Part shown: piece after piece, positions 43,706-56,414 of the stretch
How the letters are laid out: each line of letters begins with the position of its first letter
Position numbering within the stretch: the stretch's first letter is position 1
Assembly (NCBI RefSeq): GCF_009914755.1
Contig: NC_060927.1
Reading direction: 5' to 3' (one strand)
DNA length: 64,000 bases
Source of the DNA: the human T2T-CHM13v2.0 reference genome, Homo sapiens
Notes under the pieces: model-generated
Seen by the model: only the letters and a program-made list of their open reading frames with translations
Told to the model about the DNA's origin: nothing
Databases searched by the model: none
Position numbers and translations under genes: made by a program

Positions 43706-43942
43706 CTGTTGTTGTTGTTTTTTTTTTTTTTTTTTTTTGAGATGGGGTCTCACTCTGTCACCCAGATTTGAGTGTAGTGGCTCAATCATGGCTCACTGCA
43801 GCCTCAACCTCCTGGGCTCAGATAATACTTCTGCCTCAGTCTCCTGAGTAGCTGGGATCACAGGGGCACACCACCATGCCTGGCTAATTTTTTTATTATT
43901 ATCCATAGAAATGAGGTCTCACTATTTTGCCCAGACTGGTCA
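43706..43942 (-). mobile_element. AluJ-like element, 5' part missing
   Basis: (TTG)n/poly-T, then gagatggggtctcactctgtc...cactgcagcctcaacctcctgggctca. Confidence 0.88.
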
Positions 43943-46324
43943 AAGCTGATTTTTTTAAACTACAAAATGTAGGCTGGAGTTTTTAGATAAGCTGGAATAA
44001 TGGGGTTTACATGTAAATGAAGACATCACTTTGCTTTAGAAATGCTCACTGCCTTATAAAAAGGCAGAGCAGGTGAACTGTGTACTGTGGTCAGAAGATG
44101 AGGAGACCCATGTCTTCGGGATTCTCTTCTGCTAATAGTGTGTGCCTCAAATTCTACTGTGGAGACTGAACTCTTGATCTGAATCTCTCTGCTGAAAGGC
44201 ATAGCCAGTTGGCCATAATAATTCTAAGTATAATTTGTTACTGGCCATTTATAGTTTCTGTTGAAAGAAAAATCTATCACTGATATATTAAAGGGAATAA
44301 AGAGAGCAGATATTAATTATAAGCTTTCTATACACAAGGCACTATTAATTTATCTCCCTTAATCTTTACAAAACTATGAACTCTACTGGGTTGCAGCACT
44401 GGCTGCCACTAGCCTATAGAATTTCTCTGTGCAAGTTAGAAAAAGCTGTTGAATCTGGAAAGAAAAAGTCGTAAGGCACATGGGTTGGTGAGGGAATGCA
44501 GGCTGGATTTTAGCCCCAAATCATATTTTCGTGCAATACACAAGTTTCACAACTGTTCATAGTGCTTTGGAAGTAGGTGTTATTATTTTAAGTGAGAAAA
44601 TGAAGGCTCAGGGGCTATGTATTCTTCCCTAGGGCAGAAAACAAGTAAGTGGGGCAATCAGGATTTGAACTTTGGCCTATTTGATTCTGAACTTGTAATT
44701 TATTTCTTCATCTGTAAAATCAGAATAAAATGGTATTTTTGTTGTAAAGTTGTCATGGGGGGGTTGAATAAGGAGATTTATGTAAAGCATTTCACACTGT
44801 ATCTGTATCTAGTATACTATATTATATTATACTCTATTCCCCTCCACACATACATGGAGCGGCAAGGATTAACAGCTGGTTTCATAACCTTTCCTCTAGT
44901 TTTGGAGACACTTAAGGATTTGATTCGGTCTAACCTCTCTGCAGCATTAACTCAAGAACTTGTTTAAGAATTTATGCCATATCCAAGATAAATGAGAATT
45001 GGCCTGTTGACTATGTTCTGGATGAACCTCTTTTACCTTATCTTTGAAATGCAGTCGTAAGGAACTTACTTGCATCAGAGTGGGGGAGACAGGTCGTGAT
45101 TCACTAGGTAGGAAGGGTGAAGGGACCATTCATCTGTTGTCTTCCCTGAGTTGAGGTAGTCTACATGTACTCGGCCTGCCTCCTGTGACCACCATGTGTC
45201 CCAAAGGTAAAGTGACTGGGACATCAGAAACTGTGACTAGGAATCATGAATCTTCCACTGTGCCATTATTGCAGATGCTTGTTTCCTGTCTTATCTTAAA
45301 GCCAAAAATACTTAGGGCTGGTTGAAGCTTACTTTGCTTTGTGAGTTTGATGTTGATCTGAGCCCAAGACTGCAGTTTCCAGTACAAGCTTGTAGGTGGT
45401 GCATTACACTATTGGGTAGAGTAGAGATCAGGAGAGAGAAACAGAGAGAACATCTCTGAGAAGAGAGATAGGTCCTAAGATAAATTAGAAAATACCCAAG
45501 TTTCAAGAAAATGGAACAATGCAGAACAGGGGGAATCCTAGTGAGGAATTACTTGGTGCCTCTGCTTTACTATAAGTAGACATTTTTCCCAGCAGCCCCT
45601 GTAGGAGGACCAGACTTGGTATGATGGCTGGGTCCCAATTGCCAATTTAAGTCTTTGTAATGCAGTCTTAGAGCAGGAGAGAGACATAAGGCAATATTTC
45701 TTGTCTGCTTACTCTGTGCCATATGTTGTCCTTGGTACAATCTCTTATAATTACCAAAACTCTAAAGCCAGATAATTGATATTATTCCCATTTTATAGGT
45801 GAAGGAGGTGAAGCTCAAAGGCAAAAAAAAAAAAAAAAAAAAAAAAGTCAAGGCAGGCCAGAGGAGGTGGTAAAGTTAAGCACTTAAGCCTAGGTCTACT
45901 GTTGCTGAAGTCCTTGCTCTTCCTACTTTGCCACACTACTTCAAAAATATTAATAGTATTAATTTTTGCTGATGGTGTATTTTAGCCAAAATGTCTATAT
46001 CCATTTGTAGATAGATTTATTGAGCACTTCTTATGTACTAGGCACTATGCTTTTTAAAATCTTGTTTCATTTAATGTTCATGACACACCTGGGAAGTAGA
46101 TCCCATTATTGCTTTTCACAGATAAGGAAACTGACCCACAGAGGTTCGTTAACCTGCCCAAGATCACACACTATGAAGTCACACAGCTATTCAGTGATAC
46201 AGTCATATATACAAAAGGATCTAGAATTCCAGCTCAAATGGAGTGTGAATTCTTCTAGACCAGGAATCACATCTCAATGTATGTGTACTTCCCTAGGACA
46301 TTAAAGATGGTGAAAACTCTGCAA

Positions 46325-46611
<287 letters not shown>

Positions 46612-46699
46612 AGATAGTGGCAACTCAATAAAGTTTGTTCTCTCAGAATCTGGCTATCCATCCCTTGTCAGGGAGATATAGTTAAAAAATTGGACTAGA

Positions 46700-48990
46700 T
46701 CACTATTTGTAACAGAAAAAGACTGGAAACAACCCAAATTCCCACCAGTAAAGAATGCATTGAATAAACTAGGTATGTTCAAATAGTGGAATAGTATACA
46801 ACCTTAATTAAATGAGGAGTATTTATCTATATTTCTATGAAGCTATTACCAAGATATATTGTTAATTGAAATTTTTTAAAAGCAACTTATATAAGAGTGT
46901 ACATAGCACACTACCTTTTGTGCAACAAATAGACAAATATATGTTTATATTGCTTTAATTATATAGATACGTTTACTTATGCTTTTATCTCTCTCTCTCT
47001 CTCACACACACACACATTAGGTTTTGCTTTAATATCTATTTAAAACCTAACAAACATGTCACTTATGAAGAAGGGAGAGAACAGAGGTGGGTAGGGTCAG
47101 GGATGGAAACTTGACTTTTCTAAAACTGAATGTACCTTGCTTTATGTTTTCATTTTGAAACCATGCTTATATATAACACAACTTAAAAAGTTGTATCAAA
47201 AAATAATAATTTTCAAAACCTGAAACAAGTGAACCAAACTATATATCATGTAGGTGACAATGACATGGAGGAGATTCAATTTAATCGGCTTTAATTAATA
47301 ATATTTTGATCACACATTCTAAGGATAAAAAAGAAAACCACAAAGAAATATTAATATATATTCAGTAGGTTATTACTGAAAATACTGCTATTATTATTTT
47401 GAAACTATTGTGTGTATAGACATAAAATAAAGAATTATGTTAATATTTTCATGAGTTAAGATATGTTCAGAAGAAAGGTAAAGAGATATAAATATAAAAA
47501 CTAAGAACATAAAAACACTGATATCTTTCATTGCAATTGGTGAAAATAATAGCATGAACTTAGGAATCATGTTTATTTTTCTAAAAAACTATATTCACTA
47601 TTTTCTTACTTGTTCCACTAAAAAACCTAGAAGCAATGAAAACCAGGAAATAATGAATACTCCTGGTGCCCAGGCTGTGGTTTTTTAAAAAAAATATTTC
47701 CCATTAAAAGGAACCAAGACTCCTTAAAAAAAAAAACCGCTGATTCCAGGTCTGGAACAGGAAGTAGACAAGATGAATTTGGAACATATTGTTGTGCCTG
47801 AAAGCAAAACTATCAAAGGAAACTGCATGGTGTCAAAAGACAGAAACAAACTTGAAGGGCCTCCCTTGGCCAAAGTTGGGAGAACTTAAGTATCAAAAAA
47901 GAAAAATAATTGCAATGAATTAAACATGTTAAATAAAAACATTTAAAAATCGAAGACTTTATGATGGTATTTAAAATAAAAACTCAGTGGTCACTTTTGG
48001 AGCTTGTTAAAATACCAACAAAAATTACCCTGGAAATTTATAGTTAAGGAAAGAGACTCAAGCATATATCCTGCCTTTCCTGCAAGAACCAGATTTTAAG
48101 GCAACCAGATAGTTGACGAAAAAAAGTTCTCCTTGATGAAAGAAGGATAATAATAGGCTTGAAAAAAATCCCATTTTGAAAATTTTAATGAAGTAACAGA
48201 TTTGGGCAATTATCACTGATGGTGGCTGTAACCATTAGGTGAACAATTAGTGGGGAGGTATTTGTAGAACATATGTGAGACTGGTGACACCTGAATCCTG
48301 TCATCAATCTAAACATTACTGAAAGTGTAATGTCCAGGCATTATATTCATCTTGATGTGATATAATGGAAAGTATATACTACCAACAGCCACTCCCCCCC
48401 AAAAGTTTCTGAATCATTAACTATGAATTTTAAGAAAGTATGGAAGATAAAGAAGCATGTTGAAAGCACCATGAAGATTATGGTCAGCCTAATCCAGAAT
48501 GTGAGAAATTATGAGACAAATGACTCAGTTTCCTCAGCAAACAAATGGCACAAAAAGGAGGGGAAAGTGTTATAGATCGCAAGAAACTTAAGAGACATAT
48601 CAATGAAAAGCAATATTTGGTATTATTTGTTTTCTGATTCTAACAGACCAGTTATAAAAATACATTTGTGATAATTGAAGAAAGTTGAATCAGCCTATTT
48701 ATTCGATATTAATAAATTATTTATTAATTTTATTAGATGTGATAAGAGTGCCATAGTCATGCTAACAAGCATTGCTGATGAGATATACATATCAAATAAT
48801 CTATTAGTAAAATAATATGCTAACTGGAATTCAAAATTATCTGAAAAAATAAAAGTTTGGTAGGCACAAAAAGAGATGAAGGAAGAAACAGCAGAAAATG
48901 AATAGTGGATGAAGCTGGTTGAGGAGGCATATGGATTCAATGAACCATATTTCCTACTTTAGGGAGTGTTTGAAAATGTTGGTAAGAAAT
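46700..48990 (+). mobile_element. Ancient L1M (L1MC-like) 3' region
   Basis: ctatttgtaacagaaaaagactggaaacaacccaaat at the start; A-rich long 3'UTR-like sequence; ends approximate. Confidence 0.6.
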
Positions 48991-50169
48991 AGTCTGAAAT
49001 GTGAAGTACAAATATGGAAACGAGGTGGGCTGGTTCCTGATCCCAGCCTATTCTAAAAACTCGGAACCCCCAGGGAGGGTCATGGTGTTAGATTGAGGCC
49101 CACTGCAGGTAATTGACATCCCTGTGGCACCTGGGTGCTGCCCACACACTAGCCTGTAGGACGTAAGAAGACCTCGGAGACTAGAAATCACCTGCAGACT
49201 GGAGACAGGTTAAAAAGGGCTCTTAGCCCAAACTGATACTGAAGCATCTCAAATTTTATAATGCAAAAAGTTATTAAATCAGCAACATTTATATTGCCAC
49301 ATGCTTGCTTTGTATATCATTGACGTTGTTCCTAAAATGTGTGGTTAATCATTTCTGAAAATTTTATATTGATCTATTTTATATAATTTAATTCAATTTT
49401 GTTTAACAAACATTAATAAGCTCCAAGTGATCAAGGTACCATGGGGGTGGGAGTCAGGGTTGGGGAGTAACAAATATTAGAAAGAAAAAACATCTTGCTC
49501 TGCCTTTTTGGTGATTACAGTCTAACGGGAGGCAGGCAAACAAGCAGAGAAATGTGACATAAGTGATAAGAGAAGGACATGAGCAAATAAAAGCATTTTA
49601 GATGACTGAAGGGAACATAAGACCATGCTATCAGCCTTCCTGGAACACTACCAACCTACCACAAACAGCCACATTTAAGCCCTCTATCCTCTAATTCTGA
49701 TGCTAAAGTTCTGATTCCATTTATAAGCCATCATCTCATCTCATCTTCTATGCAGTGCACGAGACTCTCTGAAATAGGTTGGTACCTTTGGACAATTAAA
49801 ATGAATGCAGTAATTGGAAATATGAAGGTGCTCTCACAGGAATTGTGTTCTTGCTATGTTGTATATGCATGTGTAGGAATGTTAAAATGTTAACATGTCT
49901 TTGACTGCATAACTGCAATCATTATTAGTTAAATAGTAAAATGTTCTTTTCCAATTCTACTTTTATACATTCATTCACTTAACAAATACATATACCTCTG
50001 TGTGCCAGTCACTGTCTAGGCACTACAGACAAAGAAGTGGACTTGAGAGACAAGGTCCTTGCCTTTATGGGCTCATATTTAGATATCTGGAAATTAAACC
50101 AACTTGTAAACAACTATTTCAAATAAAGGATAAACAGAAGGAGGTGTGGGGTGGAAGAATGAATATTAT

Positions 50170-50660
50170 TAGATTAGTCTAAAGAGGCCTCTCTTGAGAA
50201 ACTACATTTGAGCTGAGTCCAAAATGATATAGAGGCAGCCATGTGAACAGATAGGGAGAGAGTGTTCCAGGCAGAGGGCACAGCAAATGCAAAACCTTTG
50301 AGAAGAAAACCAGCTTAGGATATTCAAGGATAAAAAAGAAGAAAAGAAAAACAGCATGCTGGAAGCAAACTGAGCTGGGAGATGAGTGGTACTATATGAG
50401 ATTAGAGAGAAAGTCAAGGCTATGTGCAAGGAGTAATCATGCATCTCGGTTTCCTTGTAAGGTTCAGTCTCAGTTTGTACCTGTTGTCCTCTTCTTGACT
50501 AATAGGGCTCCTTTTATCTCACACATGTCCTAGAGGGGAGTAGAAATGATACTGTCACTCTACTCAGACTTTGGATCCTATTCCAAGTGCAGTGGGAAGC
50601 CATGAAGTGATTTTACGCTAAAGAAAGGCAAGATGTGATGTATCTTTTGAAAGAGCACTG
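50170..50660. mobile_element. L2 fragment interrupted by a MER94-like hAT fossil (about 50430-50560)
   Basis: catttgagctgag...gagtgttccaggcagagggcacagcaaatgcaaa (L2); cagtctcagtttgtacctgttgtcc (MER94-like). Confidence 0.65.
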
Positions 50661-51189
50661 TTATATTTTATGCAAAATCTCAACTGATTTTTCCCTGTTA
50701 ATAATAACTAATACTGATGATGATTACTGTTAGTTTACTGGACCAACAGAGGTGATTTCCCAGGTCTCCACTCCAATTTTTTTTCACATGATCACATAAC
50801 CACATAAGTCAAATAAACATGGACTGGACACAAATACACACTCATCTACTTATTCTCTATGCCAAGGCAGTGGAAGAATATGGAATGTGTAATATTTTAT
50901 AAACGTCCTTTTACTAAATGTTATTAGTAAATTATTCCCTTACATATATAGCATTGAATCAACAGCTCATTCATCTTCAGGGAACATATCAAATATACTG
51001 TTTAGGTAGCATGATGGCATGGTGCTAAGAACATTAAATTAAGAGGAAGGCACCTTGAATTCTGGCCATTTGGAATAATTTGTTTAAACATGTTAGGTCT
51101 CAGTTTCATCAACTACAAAATGGAAGTTTAGAGTTTTTTATTTCTTTCAGGGTAGGAGTGTCAATACTTGAAAATAGAACTAAAATAAT

Positions 51190-51452
51190 GTGGAGGAGAG
51201 AGTGAAAGTAAGGAGAATGGAGAGAGAAGAACTAAGACAAGGATTAGAAGGAGAAAAAAAGAATGAGGAGGGAAGGAGAGAGATGGGGAGAAGGAGGAGA
51301 AGAGAGTGAAAGAAGAGGAAGAGGAGGAGGAGGAAGAAAGCAAAGGGAAATAGGAAAGGAAAAGGGGGAGAAGGAAGAGGGAGGAAAGGAAAAAGAAGCA
51401 GGAAGAGGAAAGAAGGGAAAGGAAGAGGGGAAAAGAGAAGCCAGGGAAGGAA
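51190..51452. repeat. Polypurine (GA-rich) low-complexity tract
   Basis: About 260 nt with very few pyrimidines on the + strand. Confidence 0.92.
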
Positions 51453-52031
51453 ATTAAGCTGACAGAGTGAATCAGTCAGGGTTTTTGTTGCAAGCAACAG
51501 AAATTTGGTTTATTTAAGCAGAATTATCATTTATTCCCAAGTGGGCCAGATAATTGGCTTGGAGACTTTCACCAAGAACCAAGTCCAACTTTGTATTGCC
51601 CAACATAAAGCCTAGTAGGGCTGGTCTTATAGAGACACTGATGTCACTGTTTCCAGGCACAGATTTTGAGGCTTATACTGCAGATACTCATAGTGCCAGA
51701 TGCTGACTAGAGCTCTTGCCACCCTAACCCAAAGGATAGGTCTTTGCATCATCAGTTCTCAAATCCACATCCTCCAAGAGAGCATCTAATTGGCAAAACC
51801 AAAGACACATGCCTGTGTCCTCTCTTCAAGCAATTTTCCTAGACTTTTTATGGAAAGAGGTCACTGTTTCCCACCCACACTCATAAGGTAGAAAATTCCT
51901 TACACAAAAAAAGCAAGATGTATGCTGGGCATACAAAAAGAATGACACATGTTCATTATAAGAGAACAGAGTATATTTAGTGATAAATTAGCTTTGTGGT
52001 AAAAATATTTTACTATGAAAATGGTAACACA

Positions 52032-52350
52032 GACCAGGTACAGTGGCTTATGTTTGTAATTCCAGCACTTTGGGAGGCTGAGGTGGGGGGATTGCTTGAT
52101 TCCAGGAGTTTGAGACCAGCTTGAGCAACACAGTGTGACCCTGTCTCTACAAAATTTTTACAAATTAGCTGGGTGTGGTGGCACACATGTGTAGTCCCAG
52201 CTACTCATCTACTCAGGAGGCTGAGGTGGAGGTGGGAGGATTGCTTGATCCCAGAGGGTTGAGGGTACAGTGAGCTAGGCTTATGGCACTGCACTCCAGC
52301 CTGGGTGACAAAGTGAGACCCTGTTTCAAATTATAATAATAATAATAAAT
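52032..52350 (+). mobile_element. AluJ-like element
   Basis: Dimer with small local duplications (ctactcatctactca; gaggtggaggtgg) and a (TAA)n tail. Confidence 0.9.
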
Positions 52351-52367
52351 TATTTAAAAAATACTAA

Positions 52368-52389
52368 GAGAAAGAAGAAAGAAAGAGAG

Positions 52390-52448
<59 letters not shown>

Positions 52449-52453
52449 AAAGA
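52368..52453. repeat. (GAAA)n tetranucleotide repeat
   Basis: About 15 perfect units plus degenerate flank. Confidence 0.97.
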
Positions 52454-53507
52454 GGTAATATAATTGATCTAGGGTTAAGTGAATAAAGTATAATATATTT
52501 CTCAGTTCTGATTATTCCAAGGAATCTTTTAGTCTGGTGTCAGGGAGAGAATGGAGACCACAAATCTCTTTCCTTTTCTTCATAGCAAGATGGAAGAAGC
52601 CAAAGATTCGAGCTCTTTCTCTCAAATGTAGCTTTTCAAACAGCAAGTCCTAAGTCTCAAGTTAGGAAGTGAAAGTGTCATAGCTCTCTGATGCTGGCTA
52701 AAATTTTACTTTAAGTTTCTTGTCCTTGAAGAGAAACAGGAAGCACATTTTCTTATCAGCCAAAGCAGAATGAGTTCTTTTAGCAAGGTCCCACCCCCTG
52801 AGAGTGAACTTTGCACTGCCCAAATATGTGCGTGGAGCTCATTTGTGCTCTAATTGAATCCTTTAAAGCAACACAGCTGGAAGACTCAGATCTCACTTCC
52901 TTGATATTCTACAGTCTGCAGTTCATTTTTGCCAAGCCAAAAAGTGACTTGTGGAGGGAAAAATAACCCTAACAACAACAACATTTAAAAAGAAACAAAA
53001 CCAGAGGAACTATCTGACATTTTGGTGCATCAGTTTAGTCAGTATATTCCTGCTGCTCGGAATAATTTCTCTGGACCTAGAACTCAACTTCTTCTTAGAT
53101 AATTTATAATCATGGAAACCATACAGATCCCTGAGGTCAGGGAGCCACAGCGAGACCACATCCTTTGTTTTCATTTCTCAGCTCCAAGTTAAGCTGCTTA
53201 TTGTGCCTGGATCCAAGATGTACAAATCATCCAGAGTGGCTGGGTTGTGTAAGAATGTTTCAACTGGCATGATGCCTGCTCTATCAATACAAATGGCTTA
53301 ACTATTTTCTGATAAACCAAAGAATCATCCTACATGGCTCTCCTGAAACTGTAACTGTCTCTGAGCTGGCAGAGGAAGACTTGCAAGGGTTTTGTGTTTG
53401 AGAATCATCTGCAGATTGAGTTTTACAGGAGCTGGTTCCCTTACTTTGACACCCTGGGAGCAACTTCATATAAAGAACAGATCAGCATCTGAATATGGAA
53501 CAGTAGG

Positions 53508-53918
53508 TGTCAGGCCTCTGAGCCTAAGCTAAGCCATCATATCCCCCGTAACCTGCATGTACACATCCAGATGGCCAGTTCCTGCCTTAACTGATGACAT
53601 TCCACCACAAAAGAAGTGAAAATGGCCTGTTCCTGGCTTAATGGATGACATTATCTTGTGAAATTCCTTCTCCTGGCTCATCCTGGCTCAAAAGCTCCCC
53701 TACTGAGCACCTTGTGACCCCCACTCCTGCCCACCAGAGAACAACCCCTTTGACTATAATTTTCCTTTACCTACCCAAATCTTATAAAACGGCCCCAACC
53801 CATCTCCCTTCGCTGACTCTCTTTTCGGACTCAGCCCGCCTGCACCCAGGTGAAATGAACAGCTTTATTGCTCACACAAAGCCTGTTTGGTGGTCTCTTC
53901 ACACGGACGTGCATGAAA
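53508..53918 (+). promoter_or_regulatory. 5' LTR7 (LTR7up-like) promoter/enhancer
   Basis: tgtcaggcctctgagc...catgaaa, 411 bp; acaaaagaag at 53607-53616; TATAAAA at 53783-53789. Confidence 0.9.
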
Positions 53919-53920
53919 TT

Positions 53921-53938
53921 TGGTGCCATGACTCGGAT
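53921..53938 (+). other. Primer-binding site, tRNA-His
   Basis: tggtgccatgactcggat, one mismatch to TGGTGCCGTGACTCGGAT. Confidence 0.93.
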
Positions 53939-54517
53939 CGGGGGACCTCCCCTGGGAGATCAATCCCCTGTCCTCCTGCTCTTTGCTCCATGAGAAAGAT
54001 CCACCTACGACCTCAGGTCCTCAGACCACCAGCCCAAGAAACATCTCACCAATTTCAAATCCAGTAAGCGGCCTCTTTTTACTCTCTTCTCCAACCTCCC
54101 TCTATCCCTCAACCTCTTTCTCCTTTCAATCTGGGCGCCACACTTCAATCTGTCCCTTCTCTTAATTTCAATTCCTTTCATTTTCTGGTAGAGACAAAGG
54201 AGACACATTTTATCCATGGACCCAAAACTCCGGCGCTGGTCACGGACTAGGAAGGCAGCCTTCCCTTGGTGTTTAATCACTGCAGGGATGCTTCTCTGAT
54301 TATTCACCCACGTTTCAGAGGTGTCAGACCACGCAGGGACGCCTGCCTTGGTCCTTCACCCTTAGCGGCAAGTCCCGCTTTTCTGGGGGACTTGCCAACC
54401 CCTTCTCTCCATGTCTCTACCCCTTCTCTGCTTTTATGGGGGAAGGGCAAGAACTCCTCAACCCCTTCTCCTTCACCCTTAGTGGCAAGTCCCGCTTTTC
54501 TAAGGGGCAAGAACCCC

Positions 54518-54650
54518 CAATCCCTTATCCCTGCATCCTGACCTCTTATCTCTGTGCCCCAATCCCTTATCACTGTGCCCCAATGCCTTATTTCCGTGCC
54601 CCAACCTCTTATCTCCATGCCCTGACCCCTTATTTCCATGCCCCGACCCC
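54518..54650 (+). repeat. Degenerate ~21-bp tandem repeats of the HERV-H leader
   Basis: About 6 units like atcccttatttccgtgcccca; visible as 7-aa EIRG periodicity in ORF 54304..54639(-). Confidence 0.85.
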
Positions 54651-54789
54651 TTTCCCACTTTTCTGGAGGGTAAGAACCCCCGAACCCCTTCCCTCCATGT
54701 CTCTACTCTCTCTTTTCTCTGGGCTTGCCTCCTTCACTATAGGCAACCTTCCACCCTTCATTCCTCCTTCTTCTCCCTTAGCCTGTGTT

Positions 54790-56414
54790 CTCAAGAACTT
54801 AAAACCTCTTCAACTCACACCTGACCTAAAACCTAAATGCCTTATTTTCTTCTGCAACACCGGTTGGCCCCAATACAAACTTGACAATGGCTCTAAATGG
54901 CCAGAAAACGGCACTTTCAATTTCTCCATCCTACAGGACCTAAATAATTTTTGTCGAAAAATGGGCAAATGGTCTGAGGTGCCTTAAGTCCAGGCATTTT
55001 TCACACTTCATTCCCTCCCTAGTCTCTGTTCCCAATTCGATTCCTCCCAAATCCTCCTTTTTTCCCTCCCACCTGTCCCCTCAGTCCCAACCCCAAGCAT
55101 TGCTGAGTCTTTCCAGTCTTCCTTTTCTACAGACCCATCTGACCTCTCCCCTCCTCCTCAGGCTGCTCTTCACCAAGCTGAGCTAAGTCCCAATTCTTCC
55201 TCAGCCTCCGCTCCTCCACCTATAATACTTCTACCACCTCCCCTCCTCACACCCGGTCTGGCTTACAGTTTAGTTCCATGACTAGCTCTTCCCCACCTGC
55301 CCAGCAATTTCCTCTTAGAGAGGTGCCTGGAGCTGAAGGCATAGTCAAGGTACATGTACCTTTTTCTCTATCAGACCGCTCTCAGATCAGTCAATGTTTA
55401 GGCTCTTTCTCATCAGACCCCACTAAATACATACAGGAATTCTGATATCTAACTCTGTCCTACAATTTAACCTGGAGTGACTTAAATGTCATCCTGACTT
55501 CTACCCTCTCCCCAGATGAACGGGAAAGAGTTTTTTCTCTAGCCCAATCTCATGCTGACAACCGCTGGCTTCATGAGCCAGACCTCCAGGAAGGCATTAG
55601 AGCAGTTCCCCGAGAGGATCCCCAATGGAACTACCAGGCAAATTCCCCAGGTATAGCTAGGCGAGATTACATGATTTCCTGCCTAGTTGAAGGGCTTAAA
55701 AAGGCAGCTTACAAAGCTGTTAATTATGACGAGCTTAAAGAAACTACCCAAGGTAAAGACGAAAACCCAGCCCGGTTCATGGCCCGCTTAGCAGCAACAC
55801 TTAGACACTTTACTGCCCTAGACCCAGAGGGGCCAGAAGGCCGCCTTATTCTTAATATGCATTTTATCACCCAATCCACTCCTGAAATTAGGAAAAAACT
55901 CCAAAAATTAAATTCCGGCCCTCAAACTCCACAACAGGACTTAATTAACCTTGCCTTCAAGGTGTACAATAATAGAAAAAAGTTGCAATTCCTTGCCTCC
56001 ACTGTGAGGCAAACCCCAGCCATATCTCCAGCACACAAGAACTTCCAAACGCCTGAACTGCAGCGGCCAGGCATTCTCCAGAACCTCCTCCCCCAGGAGC
56101 TTGCTACAAGTGCCAAAAATCTGGCCACCAGGCCAAGGAATGCCCGCAGCCCACCTGAACTGCAGCGGCCAGGCGTTCCTCCAGAACCTCCTACCCCAGG
56201 AGCTTGCTACAAGTGCCAAAAATCTGGCCACCAGGCCAAGGAATGCCCGCAGCCCGAGATTCCTCCTAAGCCATGTCCCATCTGTGCAGGACTCCACTGG
56301 AAATTGGACTGTTCAACTCACCTGGCAGCCACTCCCAGAGCCCCTGGAACTCTGGCCCAAGGCTCTCTGACTGACTCCTTCCCAGATCTTCTCGGCTTAG
56401 CGGCTGAAGACTGA
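54790..56414 (+). pseudogene. gag: HERV-H gag remnant
   Basis: FFCNTGWPQYKL..WPENGT; TQGKDENPARF (major homology region); CYKCQKSGHQAKEC and CPICAGLHWKLDC zinc knuckles; internal stops. Confidence 0.9.

Noticed and set aside
45823-45846. A24 run as a retrocopy tail
   Set aside because: It lies in MIR-like sequence with no upstream poly(A) signal or clear TSD.
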